A stretch of 63,612 nucleotides of DNA, filler included, from Bonamia ostreae (lineage: Eukaryota): NCBI GenBank assembly GCA_040357525.1. It is 52 parts of 52 records of this genome, joined end to end, with 100 filler letters (N's around TTAATTAATTAA, not from the genome) between each part and the next. Parts side by side here need not be neighbours in the genome. Positions count along the whole stretch, not along the records: positions 1 to 1,130 come from JBDODL010002594.1; positions 1,231 to 2,360 come from JBDODL010002595.1; positions 2,461 to 3,590 come from JBDODL010002596.1; positions 3,691 to 4,820 come from JBDODL010002597.1; positions 4,921 to 6,049 come from JBDODL010002598.1; positions 6,150 to 7,278 come from JBDODL010002599.1; positions 7,379 to 8,507 come from JBDODL010002600.1; positions 8,608 to 9,736 come from JBDODL010002601.1; 44 more parts are not named here. The stretch is one strand, 5' to 3'. Position numbers and translations under genes: made by a program. Positions within the stretch are counted from its first letter, which is position 1. Each line of letters starts with the position of its first letter. This document shows, one piece after another, positions 1 through 12,294 of the stretch. Under the pieces are notes generated by a model. That model worked only from the letters and a program-made list of their open reading frames with translations, was not told the DNA's origin and made no database searches.

Positions 1-570
1 ATGGTTAACTCCGTTACAACTCAACCTTAACTTCACTTAGATTCTAACCTATTTTTAATGAAAGGCGACGATAAAGAATAGTGATCAATATCATAACATC
101 ATAACAATAGTTATGGTTTATATGTTGAATATAATTACTTTTTTATGAAAGTGTTTAAAAATAGAAAGATGGATTATGTCAGCTTTTCTGTACACAACTA
201 CAGATGTTAGACTTTTCATGTTTGATCAATTTGAAAAATTTCAAAGTTTTTGTCATGACAAAGTAAAGTTTCAAAGTTCCATCGTAATTACTATGATTAT
301 ATACCATTTTGCATTTGAGCTACACTGTTCAAAATCTTTGGTGTGTCCATTACCCCCATTTTTGAAGGATACATTGATATAATCTGCCAAGTGAAAGTCA
401 TGCAACTAGTTATTAATTTACATTGTCAGTAGGTCACTTTCATAAAAGTTAAGACTCTTTGAATGCAATTTGTCATGATTACTGTTCTGAACAAATATAT
501 AATTCTCCTAATACCATAATACATGCATATGCTTAAAATTTACAGATAAATCAGTTTTGGTTATTTTTCA

Positions 571-1038
571 GTAACATATACAATTACGCATACAGAGTGG
601 ACATCATATGAGAAAGAAACAGTCGACTCCATTTCACTTACGACGCAGTCTACATCCATACCCGGGGATACTAAAGTACTACTTATGGGGGTCATTGCTC
701 TTATAGGTCTGCTCGTTGTGATATTTTCTATATACTGTACATTCTACATTTTCAACAAACTGTGTCAAAGAAGAAGGGGACGTTGTGAAAACGTATCTCT
801 GTCCTATCACAACATACACAAAGGACTTTCTGCTGTAAATATCATTCCGGAGTTACATACAGATGGATTAGAGACAATTAGGGAGAACCTGGAGTTGTCA
901 GAAGAAATGAGGGAAGTTTGTGATCATTACGAGAGGGTTGAGGAAAACGTTGATGATCTCAAAATCGATTTGATCAATACCAGCCAATGTGTTGATGTCA
1001 TCTCATCCGTAAATGACACTTATTTAAACCCTATCTGA
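571..1038 (+). CDS. Terminal exon of a single-pass membrane protein (host-like)
   Basis: Acceptor ttatttttcag at 570; hydrophobic GVIALIGLLVVIFSIYCTFYIF followed by basic QRRRGR and a tail with Tyr motifs (HYERV, TYLNPI). Confidence 0.55.
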   Translation, partial: VTYTITHTEWTSYEKETVDSISLTTQSTSIPGDTKVLLMGVIALIGLLVVIFSIYCTFYIFNKLCQRRRGRCENVSLSYHNIHKGLSAVNIIPELHTDGLETIRENLELSEEMREVCDHYERVEENVDDLKIDLINTSQCVDVISSVNDTYLNPI

Positions 1039-1130
1039 AATGAATAGTTATAAGGTATACGAAGTAACACACATATATTTATATATAAGAGTTCTGACTT
1101 TAAAAATATATAAATTGAAAATAGTGTGTC

Positions 1131-1230
1131 NNNNNNNNNNNNNNNNNNNNNNNNNNNNNNNNNNNNNNNNNNNNTTAATTAATTAANNNNNNNNNNNNNN
1201 NNNNNNNNNNNNNNNNNNNNNNNNNNNNNN
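1131..1230. other. Artificial contig spacer N44-TTAATTAATTAA-N44 (first of 51; recurs about every 1.22 kb to 62493)
   Basis: Identical 100-nt unit between all segments; TTAATTAATTAA gives stops in six frames; segment lengths fall monotonically 1130 to 1119. Confidence 0.99.
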
Positions 1231-1371
1231 ATGATGTTTATGTTAACTTTACTCGGGACACCTTAACCTTGCTGTGTTCTCCGCACATGTATTCTGAAGT
1301 TCACATTTAAAAGATTCTGCAGTTAATCGTAGTATGTCGTGACCAAGTCCTCCAAAACCTGTTAAACTATT

Positions 1372-1800
1372 ATGGGTACATATTGTGCCCCATTATTGCC
1401 TGATCTGTTTTATACTCTTGTGAGGCAAAATTTATCCAAGTTTCTAAATGACAAGAAGAATTTTGGATATTTAGATTGATCGACGACGTTTTATTTATCA
1501 ACAACTCTCATTTTCATTCACATCTGGATTCGATATATCCAAGTTAGCTTGAAACATAAGACATCACGGTGTTTCATATCTTTCATATTTTATCAAAGAT
1601 AGATAGCAACAGCAAAATAACAGCACAATCTTATGACAAAAGAGATTACGTTAACTTGTCAATCATTAGCTACCCTCATTGTGTAGCCACTTCAATTTCA
1701 GCTGCAAATTGTGTTGATATCTGATTGGATTCTGCATCGAAACAGGCTTCAGACAAGAAAGATGATGTTATAAGGATTTATAACAGTATCATTTCAAGTT
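1372..1800 (+). pseudogene. Decayed reverse transcriptase of a Penelope-like retroelement
   Basis: MGTYCAPLLPDLF, RLIDDVLFINN..FHSHLDSIYPS*LET*DIT and KITAQSYDKRDYVNLSIISYP match the PLE-type RT motifs MGTNCAPLLADLFL / RYIDD / LYDKRDDF; stops and frameshifts present. Confidence 0.8.
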
Positions 1801-3811
1801 TATTCGTAAATGCAAGCTGTCATTTTGTTGGATGCTATGGTACTGTTTTATAGAAATTTCATTTTTTGGTCAAGGAAATTTCAACCCAAAAGGGTAGGCC
1901 AATTCCACCTATCCGTAGGTTAAGGTCGACTGCAGACAATGTTCTTTAGTTCAACGAGGCCTTCTAGATTTGGAAATTGTTGTACAATCGTTAAGCAATG
2001 TTTCACAGAAGAGTATTTATTGATGTTACGTGATTGTGAAGTACGATGAGCGGAAATTCTTTAATATATTTTTTTCCGGAATCCTCCTGGGTTCTGAATT
2101 TTGGAGTTGTGTGATAGGTATGAAATCGGCCTTTTAAACAACAATATATATTATTTGTCGGATATTTCTGTCTAAGTAAAATGTTTTAGATATAATTCCT
2201 ATTGACCATTATTCTTTCTGTTTTCAATAATGACGATGGTACATTCTCATTCTGTCGATATTTAAAAAAAAACAACCAAGGTATTAATTGACTTAGAAAT
2301 GAGGTAAAATGTCCATTGTACGTACCAATATGCCTTGTAAATCTAAACCTTCAATATGATNNNNNNNNNNNNNNNNNNNNNNNNNNNNNNNNNNNNNNNN
2401 NNNNTTAATTAATTAANNNNNNNNNNNNNNNNNNNNNNNNNNNNNNNNNNNNNNNNNNNNGATTGGGGTGAAACTATACTGGAATCTATTCTAAGATATT
2501 TAGTGAAACTTTGAACATATTTAGTTCATTCATTTATTTATGTTTTTGCGATACAAAGTTGTACCCCAGTGTCAACAAAGCACAGACAGTCCAATCAACC
2601 AGAAAATATTTTGAATGTTCTGATTCCTCCAATTGCTTGATCAACGTGAATGCTGTGTTGTGGTATCTTCTGCACCAGTGTGACATGTGTCTAGGATGCA
2701 CTTGTCACAATTTGCGGATTGGAAGCTTGCTTTTATTTTTATCAAGATAATATTGCGTATCCTTTATTTGCAATTACTGAATCTCTTCGTTTCATGTACA
2801 TAGATTCCACGAGCTGTTACAAACGTTTCAAGAAACCACATATGATGGTGATATCTTTATCAGTCTCTGCTGGAATATAAAATTGAGAAGCTAAATACTT
2901 GATGCCATAGTTGTGAGGTAGACGCTTTTTGTCAGTAAAGCTTTTGGTCCGAAGGCATTGATTCAATGCCATTCTCTTTCTTCCGATTATTGACACATGA
3001 TGCAAAGTAAAAATCTGATGCAATGATGAAGGTGTGGTTTATTTAAAGATGGGTTAGTATTGAAATTTTCCTTTAACTTTTTTCTTTCTTGCTATGGTTA
3101 ATGGTGTAATTAACCAACAACTATATTGGGTGTTTTATCATTTTCACATTGTTTCCTTTGAAGATGTTGATTTACGTTTGCTGCTGGTTCTACATGTTGC
3201 AAGCTTCTCATTTTCCATTATTCATCTGGAAGCTAAAACAAACAATTATTGTAAATCAGATACATTTTTCTCTTTTCTGCTTAAAAATGGCATATATACA
3301 AATGTACGTAACATTCATTTTATTGACACTTCCGTTTGTAAACAAAATCATGTAATTTCAAAAATTATATTGTAGGCAAAGAGCATAGGAGTGGAACTGC
3401 ACATAAAATAATACGAGATGTGAAGATTCCTCGCATGTTTTAACGTTTTATTACCAGAATATATAACAAAAAAAAACTTATTGAAGCAAGCGTCAAAGTC
3501 GGTCACAAATACTTGGTAACTATCAAAACTACCGGTATACTGAAAAACTTAAAATAACAAAGTGATCAATTTTAAGAATACCATAAGGTANNNNNNNNNN
3601 NNNNNNNNNNNNNNNNNNNNNNNNNNNNNNNNNNTTAATTAATTAANNNNNNNNNNNNNNNNNNNNNNNNNNNNNNNNNNNNNNNNNNNNCCATGGGTCT
3701 CGTGCTGAGAAATGCTATTAAGTATTCCATATTGATAACAATAATGTACATTAAATGTGGATTTTGATAGATAGGAAATCAAACACTTTCCAGTTTAATC
3801 ATCTTTTGTAG

Positions 3812-4420
3812 CACAAGCCCATGCCAACAAAGAGAAGTGTGCAGAGATGTATGTGGAAGCTGTTATTGATTTCAGTGCATCAAAACGCCTAATGCATCTC
3901 CAGGAGGTTCATTTTTCTGATAGAAATAGTGTTATTGTCAGACTTATTGCAGACACATTTGAACAAAAGCTAAAAAGCTTAGCTGTCCCTCCAAGACCTC
4001 GCTTTTTTCCATCTTGCAAAGAAATAAGTGTACCTGAGCAGCCTAACAAGACAGAATGTATTTTGAAATTACATTTTAAAGTGGTAATCTATTGTGGAAA
4101 TATACATGAAAGTGATGTGGAGGCAGTGAGCTGTGGTCAGGATCCAAAGTTGCAGAGCAAAGGTCGCATCGCTCAAGATATCATAAAGAAATGCAAAAAC
4201 TTAAAAGATGAGTTAAAAACATTGAGCAAGAAGGAAACTCAGCCTGGAGAGACAATTTTGATGAATTGCAATCTGAAATATGCAAAGAGAGTCATATTTG
4301 TCATTACAGAATCTCCTTCATCTGCAGACCAGTACATTTTTCAAAATTGTTACAGAAATGTGCTAAACATAGCTGACCAAAATGGAATCACAAAATTAGC
4401 TCTTCCTCTTATAGGAACAG
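3812..4420 (+). CDS. Internal exon of a macro-domain (PARP14/15-like) protein
   Basis: ttttgtag acceptor and ACAG|gtaagc donor; VVIYCGNI..DVEAV, CNLKYAKRVIFV, CYRNVLNIAD..GITKLALPLIGTG are macro-domain hallmarks. Confidence 0.8.
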
Positions 4421-4992
4421 GTAAGCTTTGATTATTTCATCGATAGATACCAGTATTATATATTGCTCTGGATTAAGTGTATATTTCAGCTCACTTGTTC
4501 TGAGTAGGTACATACATGTATGTAACTTTTGATCAAAATTTGTCTGTCATTGCAGTGGTCTGTTTGACATAAAACCATTTACCAGTGACTTAATTATATC
4601 CATGTATACACATGGAAAAAGGTGATTGCAATACCAAAGTTACACCTTTATAAAATGTTTTGAGAACAGCACAAAAATGCTTAATCCATTGGTTGGACAA
4701 GCAACTTTTTACTATAAATCACAGATGGATGAATGCAAATAATTGGCAAAAACCTAAAACTGCATATGCTGAGCGACATATTGTTCAGACGATTCTGTTT
4801 GATAGTGGATCAGTTATGGTNNNNNNNNNNNNNNNNNNNNNNNNNNNNNNNNNNNNNNNNNNNNTTAATTAATTAANNNNNNNNNNNNNNNNNNNNNNNN
4901 NNNNNNNNNNNNNNNNNNNNATCGCGAGTATCTTGGAGAAATTGTTTTGTTTAATAGGAGTTAACTCTGTCGATCGCAAAAAAGTTAAATTT

Positions 4993-6034
4993 TTATATTA
5001 CGTCGGCTACGCGTGCGTCTTTGGATGTCTTTGAACCGAAGTGGACGATCAAGACTTTGGCGAGAGTTGGGTCGGCAGATGCATGAGCGTATCGTGTAAC
5101 ACGCATTGTTTCATTGCACTTCGATGCATGAGCGTTCCCTCCGCGACAAATCATGGTCGATATAATTGCAGATGACGAAGGTTCGACCAAGTCAACGGGT
5201 GAGGCGTCCTTGCTAAGACCGCGCGACCATATCCCGTTGGAGTTTACGGACAGGTCAAATCCGACAAGAAAAAATTTGGAATTATTGTTTACTCTGCGAA
5301 GAAAGCTCCCGCAAATGCTTTGTTGAACAGTCTTATCACTTCGCGCCGCTTCCAGAACTTCCCTTCCACCGCTTCCAATTCGCCCAACACGAGCGCAACT
5401 TCCGCGACGACACTCTCCGCCAAAGCTGCGCAGCCGATTTCCCTTAAAGCCGCCTCCGGGACGATTTTGCTCAACGCGCGCCTTCGAATAAAATAGCAAA
5501 CTCGACTTCTCGCCGGCCGTAGCAAGCGACGCCGAAGTCCGCCAGCAGTTGCAGCGCAGACAGTCTGCCCAACGCCTCCCGCGGCGGCAGCGGCGACTCC
5601 CTCCGCAGATACAGGTGCTTCGTCTGCGCGTACATCACCCTCTGCCACACGAAGGAGGCGCTCCGCTCCAACTGCGCCCTGCCCATCGCCTCGCAGCGCA
5701 GGAGAAACACGGGCTCTTCCACGGCCGCGAGCGCGTCGCCCAAAGTCTCGCTGTCGCCCGCGCCTAACAATGTCGATTTTATGTAAAGCCACAACGAGCG
5801 CTCCGAAATAAAACCTCTCGACCAACCGGTTCCGCGCTCGAATAAAACGATCTGGAACGGGTCGAGCAGCGATCCTCTTCGCTCTCCCGGCGTTCCACCG
5901 AGCACCCCCGCCAGCTCCAGAACAGCCGCCTTCAGGTCGCCGACCGAAACGTAGAACAGGTGCACCGGGTAAATCGCGAACTCGAAGCACTTCCCGTCTA
6001 ACATGAACATATTCACGCGAGCAAACTCGTTGAA
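4993..6034 (-). CDS. FERM/band 4.1-like protein, partial, with micro-intron (protist-like, GC-rich)
   Basis: YAQTKHLYLR..P....ALGRLSALQLLADFG resembles the FERM central lobe; removing 20-nt GT-AG intron 5482-5501 joins REVE|RALSKIVPE; junction near 5261-5292 unresolved. Confidence 0.6.
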
Positions 6035-6239
6035 CTAGAAAAATTTGATNNNNNNNNNNNNNNNNNNNNNNNNNNNNNNNNNNNNNNNNNNNNTTAATTA
6101 ATTAANNNNNNNNNNNNNNNNNNNNNNNNNNNNNNNNNNNNNNNNNNNNAGAAAATATTTAAAAATGCAAATATTTTAATATAATGTATCTAACTTTTTG
6201 AATTAAAGTTTACAACGGAGAAGTATGTTTGTGTTTATA

Positions 6240-7278
6240 ACTTATTGTAGAGTGTGTAGGTTATCGTAGAGTGTGAATGTTGTTGTGGAGTGTGAATGTT
6301 ATTGTGGAGTGTGGTGGTTATGGTTGAATGTGTAGATTATTGTGAAGTATGTAGGTTATTGAGGAGCGTGCAGGTTATTGTGTTGGCTATTGTAGAATGT
6401 GTAGAGTTATTTTCGAGTGTGTATGTTAATTGCGGAGTATGTGCAGTTATTGTGAAGTGTGTAGGTTTTTGTGGAGTGGGTACGGCTATTGTGGAGTGTG
6501 TAGGTTATTGTGAAGTAGGCATGGTTATTGTAGAGTGTGTAGGGCTATTTCGGAGGATGTATCGTTGTTGTGGAATGTGTCCATTATCGTGGGGTGTGTA
6601 GGGTTATTACGGTTATTGCGTTACTGTGTAGGTTATTGTGGAGTATGTAGGTAATTGTGAAAGGCAAGTGTGTAGCCTACTGCGGGTGTGTGATTTGTGT
6701 GGAGTGTGTAGGCTACTGCGGGGTGTGTGATTTGTGTGGAGTGTGTAAGTTATTGTGGAGTGTGTTTGTTTTTGTAGAGTGTTGACTTTTATTGTAGGGG
6801 TGTAGGTTATTTTGGAGTGTAGACAGTAATTTGAGAGTATGTTGGCTAGTGTGGAGTGTGTACGGTTATTATAGTGTGGGTAGGTCATTGTGGAATGTGA
6901 ATGTTATTGTCTAGATAATAGTGAAGTGTGAAAGGATATTTTGGAGTGTTTAAGCTATTGTGTAGACTGTAAGCTATTGTGAAGTGTAGACGGTTGGTGT
7001 GGAATGTAGACGGTTCTTGGACATTTAATGTGGAGTTTGGAGGATATTATAGAGTGTGTATGTCACTGTAGAGTGTGCATGTTATTGTAAAGGTAATTTT
7101 AGAGTGTGTAGGTTATTGTGTAGGTGATTGTCGAGTGTGTAGGTTATTGTGTAGGTGATTGTAGAATGTGTAGGTTATTGTGTATGTGATTGTATAGTGT
7201 AGGTTATTGTGTAGGTGAATGTACGGTGTGTAGGTTATTGTGTAGGTGATTGTACAGTGTGTAGGTTATTGTGTAGGT
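6240..7278. repeat. Degenerate GT-rich minisatellite (about 20-nt unit gtgtaggttattgtggagt)
   Basis: Dozens of imperfect copies fill the contig; overlapping ORFs are low-complexity artefacts. Confidence 0.9.
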
Positions 7279-8091
7279 NNNNNNNNNNNNNNNNNNNNNN
7301 NNNNNNNNNNNNNNNNNNNNNNTTAATTAATTAANNNNNNNNNNNNNNNNNNNNNNNNNNNNNNNNNNNNNNNNNNNNTATATCATCCTGTGCTTTTTCT
7401 CTTTTAGGTCAATGAACCAATTTAACTTAAATAAATTTTGCTCACCTTGTTCCTAACATACTTCAAGCAAAAATATCATTTTGCATGGTATTTCACAATA
7501 AAGAGGTTCCATGCATAATTTCACAACTCAGTTTTACATGCCATTATCATTGTTCAAGCTTGTAGCATTTTTATTTTTACAAAGTTTAATTTGCGACATA
7601 CTTTATGATTATAACATACTAAAAGGTGAATCATTTCACTTCTGTTCCACCATAGTATTGGGGTCTACGTACAATAATATCTGTGACATAAATTTTCTGG
7701 GGTGCCACCCGACGATTTGGGTTTTATGTCTGTTTATCATGCTTTTAAATATACATGTATGTATATATAGTGTGAAACCGATTTTATAGTCATATATTTG
7801 GCAAATTAACACTGTTGTAGAATTATTTCCCATATATGAAGTGATTAATCTTGTTTGATAGCTGTTCGTTCTGCATTTATGTATGTTTGTTTTGTAGCAG
7901 ATCGTTAAGTTTGCTTTAATTTTGTACATTTGTTTTGCAAAACGTTCTGTTAATCATGCATTTAATGTCATTTATTAAGCGTTTGTAGTCATGGAAATTA
8001 TACATGTTTATTTTCTCTGATATGGTGTTTTTTGTCCTTTGCATCGCCTAAACAAATTCATTCCTACCAGGATTACGTATCATAAATTTAT

Positions 8092-8160
8092 GACTATACC
8101 GGGAATCGAACATGGATCATTGTATTACTAGTCAGGTGCTCTTACTACTGAGCTATATCC
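8092..8160 (-). mobile_element. tRNA-derived SINE head / tRNA pseudogene
   Basis: Minus strand GATATAGCTCAGTAGTAAGAGCACCTGACTAGTAA...GTTCGATTCCCGG: A-box, B-box and CT-AGT-AA loop, but stems are poorly paired. Confidence 0.65.
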
Positions 8161-8257
8161 ACTTTATCCACGATCTATCAATTTCACTACCTATATGAAT
8201 GAATGAAAATTGATAGTCTAGGTGGACATGCCATTACTGGTGTTGTAACTAGATAAA

Positions 8258-8410
8258 GGGTTCACGTCCTGTGTAACTGTTCAACAGGGGATGTTTACTC
8301 CTATTTGGCACCCAATCCTGCTTCTGGTGTTTCCGAAAGGCATTGTATGCTCCACTGTCAATTTTATGTTCTTTTTGGGATTTATAAGTGCGATCACTTT
8401 CTATCTTCAT
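8258..8410 (-). repeat. Copy of an abundant dispersed host repeat
   Basis: Similar to segments at 59-97, 12161-12194, 14751-14817, 15241-15283, 19031-19052, 26908-26924, 37937-37952, 48473-48550, 49063-49080, 57018-57155 (core aaggtgaagataacgaacagtgatcaa / gggctcacggcg..gtga.cggtc.acagggga). Confidence 0.75.
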
Positions 8411-8764
8411 TCTTAGAAGAAATTGTAAGTATGAAATTCTTGATTTAAAATAATTCCAATATCTTCATCTCCTTTTTTCATAGACCAATGGAGAAAGATG
8501 ACGGATANNNNNNNNNNNNNNNNNNNNNNNNNNNNNNNNNNNNNNNNNNNNTTAATTAATTAANNNNNNNNNNNNNNNNNNNNNNNNNNNNNNNNNNNNN
8601 NNNNNNNATATTTTTAAATTGCGCAAAATTTGTGTTTTAGACGGACGACCAGTTATTAGTTTTGTCGTTAAATATCAAAATTATAAAAATTGTAAAAATT
8701 GAAAAAATTTAAAGCGACAAAATTTGAAAAATAATTCGAAAAATTGAAAAATGAAAAAATTTAA

Positions 8765-9643
8765 TCAACTCAATCCGATTTTACAACGTAAATCTTTCCA
8801 AATTTCCATCAAAATCTCAATTTTCGCATTAAAAGTCTAAATTTTTAATTGAAAACTTCGAAAGGAATAACAACGCTTTTTGAGCCATCCTTTTCTCTGA
8901 CAACGATTGCCACGTAATAAAAATATTTGTAAAAATTTATACCTTCGTTTATTAAAACGTCTTCAATTTGGTCCCAAGAGATAAAAACAGATTTGAATGG
9001 TTCATTTTTCCGTTTGTATCTATTGATCTGCAATCCGTGATTTTCCAAAATTAACATTTCCTCTTAATTTTTAATTTTTGATCAAAAATTTCTTTTTTTA
9101 CAATTTTTTTCTCGATTTTTTTTTTGTTTTTCCGATTTTTTACAATTTTTTTGTTTTTTCGATTTTTTATATTTTTCCGATTTTTTACAATTTTTTTTTT
9201 GTTTTTTCCGATTTTTTATAATTTTTTTATATTTTTCCGATTTATTATAATTTTTTTGTTTTTTTCCGATTTTACAATTTTTTACGATTTTTTTATTTTT
9301 TCCGATTTTACAATTTTTTTTTTTTTTTTTACAATTTTTTCTATTTTTTTTCGTTTTTAAAGACAAAAAAGGACAAACCTTTGAGCGTGTAATTTCGTTT
9401 ATCGATAACGACGAATGAAGCGGGGAGAGAACATAAGAACAAAACGATGACAACGGATGAAAGTTTTTCAACATACAAATAAACGTACATTGAAGCCAAA
9501 ACGAAAAAGAGAAAAGCGAACAAATCAAAATTATTGAAAATCTTCTTTTTGTCGATCAGTTCGATCGAACTGAATTCGTCAGAAAAAGTTTTTATTTGCA
9601 ATTCTAGTCCTCTTAGTTTATAAAATTGTTTATTTGAATCCAT
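8765..9643 (-). CDS. PIGH: GPI-GlcNAc transferase subunit H (PIG-H/Gpi15), complete, 3 exons
   Basis: Exons 9643-9379, 9062-8857, 8836-8765; two TM helices then EEMLILENHGLQI..FISWDQIEDVLINEGI..YYVAIVV..VVIPFE..ILMEIWKDLR; introns 316 and 20 nt, GT-AG. Confidence 0.88.
9085..9360. repeat. Low-complexity tandem repeat (tttttccgattttttacaa-like) inside PIG-H intron 1
   Basis: Repeated ccgattttttac/ataatttttt units between donor 9378 and acceptor 9063. Confidence 0.85.
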
Positions 9644-9836
9644 TTTGTTATATAGATTCGCAGTAATAATGTGAGCTTTAATAGTTTAAGTTTTTACGTA
9701 TAATAATTTTTATTTTTTTGTTTCAAAATTTTTGTTNNNNNNNNNNNNNNNNNNNNNNNNNNNNNNNNNNNNNNNNNNNNTTAATTAATTAANNNNNNNN
9801 NNNNNNNNNNNNNNNNNNNNNNNNNNNNNNNNNNNN

Positions 9837-10623
9837 TTTTATTAAACATTTCTTCAACTTCACCCGTAACTGGATTTTTAATTCTTCTTATTATATTTTT
9901 TTCAGCTCCTTTGCCTCTTATGGCAATTTTACAACCTGTTTCTTTTTCCAATCTTTTTTGTGTATTACCTCTGGGTCCTAATATAGCTCCTATAAAATTT
10001 GCATCTGGGTATTGTTTTACTGGGAACCAAAGAATGCTTTCAAAAAGCGGTTGTTTATAATTTGATGGGGGAGTATAAGTTGGATTTAACTGTATTAGCT
10101 GATGTATAAGCATATTTTTATCTCTTTCCTTTAATTATATTATTTAAACTAGTTTTTCTCTGTATCTTACTTATATTGTATTTGTTCTTACGACATTTTT
10201 ATCATATTCAGGAGGAGGTTCCTCCAATTTTAAGAATCTTGATTATAATTAAATTAACGGATCGTTTTTTTCTGGTACCGCATTAGGAAATAATAATTTC
10301 CTATTCATTACAGTTACTTTTTCTAGTCTCAATTGAAATAGATTAATGTCATCGATTGTTAGTTTTGTTCTAGCCTGGCTACCCCATCTCTTTTTTCTTT
10401 GATTATCCTTTGAGGTGATAATTCTGTTTTCGATTTTAATAATACTGGTACTTAATCTGTTTCGCCAATTTGATTTTTTATTTCCTTGTTCCTGTTGAGA
10501 AAACCCATCATCTTAAAATGATAAAATTAAACCTCCGCTCCATCTTGTTTTTCTGATTCTTCGCCAATTATTTAAATCAAATGGCGAATAAGCTTCATAG
10601 GGATCCAAAACCAATTTAATCAT
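9837..10623 (-). CDS. SF1: Splicing factor 1 / branchpoint-bridging protein (KH domain), 5' part
   Basis: Three 21-nt introns (10512-10532, 10238-10258, 10129-10149); ULM-like [58 protein letters not shown]; one in-frame TAA at 10171-10173. Confidence 0.92.
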
Positions 10624-11755
10624 ATTATATGTAAATTTGTCAACTGTAAACCAAATTATTTATTATATGATAAATGTTTGATTTTTATTTGCAAGTTACT
10701 ATATGTAAAAAATTTATTTTTAATGTCCTAATTAGCCACTTTGACAATTTTGTTAAGTTCAGTATCCTTTTACAGTCTATTAAGTTTAGTATCCTTTTCG
10801 TTAATATCCTTTGCAATCTAATAGAAAGTGTTTGTTTGTTTCTCTCTTGTTAAATAAATACAATTTTCTTGCATTCCGCATTTTATTCGAAAAAAAAATT
10901 CTTTCGAAGAAATAACGCTTAAACCGGCTTTCACCATTTTTTGGATGTTTCTGTTTTGACTAAAANNNNNNNNNNNNNNNNNNNNNNNNNNNNNNNNNNN
11001 NNNNNNNNNTTAATTAATTAANNNNNNNNNNNNNNNNNNNNNNNNNNNNNNNNNNNNNNNNNNNNAGTCTTGCATACATATCGTAAAAGGACATCATTTG
11101 TGATTTAAAAAAATTAGAAATTATGTAATTTACCGCACAGAATTATCTACCATTTTCGTGAATCATTATGTTTACTTTATATCGTACAGTTATATAACCA
11201 ATCCCAAAATACGTAAGTGTAGATAGAACACATCGTAACTATCAAGTGAGCCTGAATGTCCCACCGGTGTATATGTAACAGGGTCTGAGGCTATGCTAAA
11301 ATTATTATCTTTAACAGTTGTCTATCTTTTGTAAACATAATGAAAGATTATGTATGGATGTAATATCCATTGTAATGTCATCTGTGGTGTATCGTGTGAA
11401 TTCCACACATCCGTTGTATAATATGGTATCTGATTTTACAGTGAAATATGTGACGGTATGCACATGGTATGATTTCGATCGAGGTCATTTACTGTATATC
11501 ATATGGGTATCGCACATCGCATGAGACAAATTAAAAAACGTAAGGTTTCAAAAAGCATTCATTCGACAGGTGAAACGTCCAAATAGTCGTCGGAAAGTCG
11601 CATTGTATAATCATATCCATATAACGCAACAATTTGTAAATATTGAACTTTAATGTACCAGGTATTTTACTCACATATATCAAATGCTAAAAATATTCAG
11701 TGCTCTTCTGCTCTAGTGCATTTTAATCTAGTCATGTTGGATATTGTTACTATAG

Positions 11756-11983
11756 ATCACTCCTCGGGATACTTGCCTCTATCTTTGACGATGAATTATG
11801 TGGATGGTTGTCCAGATTCAAAGGAATTGTGGGACAAGGCTGCAGCAATGAAAAGATGTCATGAAATCTCCAATAAATGTGTTGGTCTGTTTAAAGATCC
11901 CAGACTGGAATATCACTGTCTTATCAACCCATACAATAATGCAACTGTAGAGGTTTGCGCTCCAGCTCGTCGAATATTTGGAG
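11756..11983 (+). CDS. Exon of an oyster-type uncharacterised Cys-rich extracellular family
   Basis: AG/GT-bounded; CPDSKELWDKAAAMKRC...YHCLINPYNNATVEVCAP pattern that I recognise from an expanded Ostreidae family. Confidence 0.7.
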
Positions 11984-12294
11984 GTAATCATTACGCATCA
12001 TGACTGTCTTTCTGTGTTCTTGTTGACCGCATGTTTACAATGATTCGTGTACAACACATATATGTTTTAAAATAAATGTAAGATCATTCAAGTTATGAAA
12101 CAATAAGCTGTTAGAAACTAAGTCTCAAACCGCTGTTTTGTACAATCATACTAGTACAAGACATAGGGCTCACGGCGGAGGTGATCGGTCGACANNNNNN
12201 NNNNNNNNNNNNNNNNNNNNNNNNNNNNNNNNNNNNNNTTAATTAATTAANNNNNNNNNNNNNNNNNNNNNNNNNNNNNNNNNNNNNNNNNNNN

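Noticed and set aside
1175-1186. Regularly spaced TTAATTAATTAA palindromes as CRISPR-like or regulatory repeats
   Set aside because: Embedded in N runs; synthetic concatenation linker. ORFs ending in X..LIN are artefacts of it
6296-6888. Val/Cys-rich and Thr/His-rich ORFs
   Set aside because: Translations of a GT-rich minisatellite
8092-8160. Functional tRNA-Thr(AGT)
   Set aside because: Acceptor and anticodon stems pair poorly; better explained as SINE head or pseudogene
10740-10820. Second TAA aligned with Glu in a short repeat (EKDTKLN / *KDTELN) supporting recoding
   Set aside because: Another frame is open across the region and no homology fixes the frame
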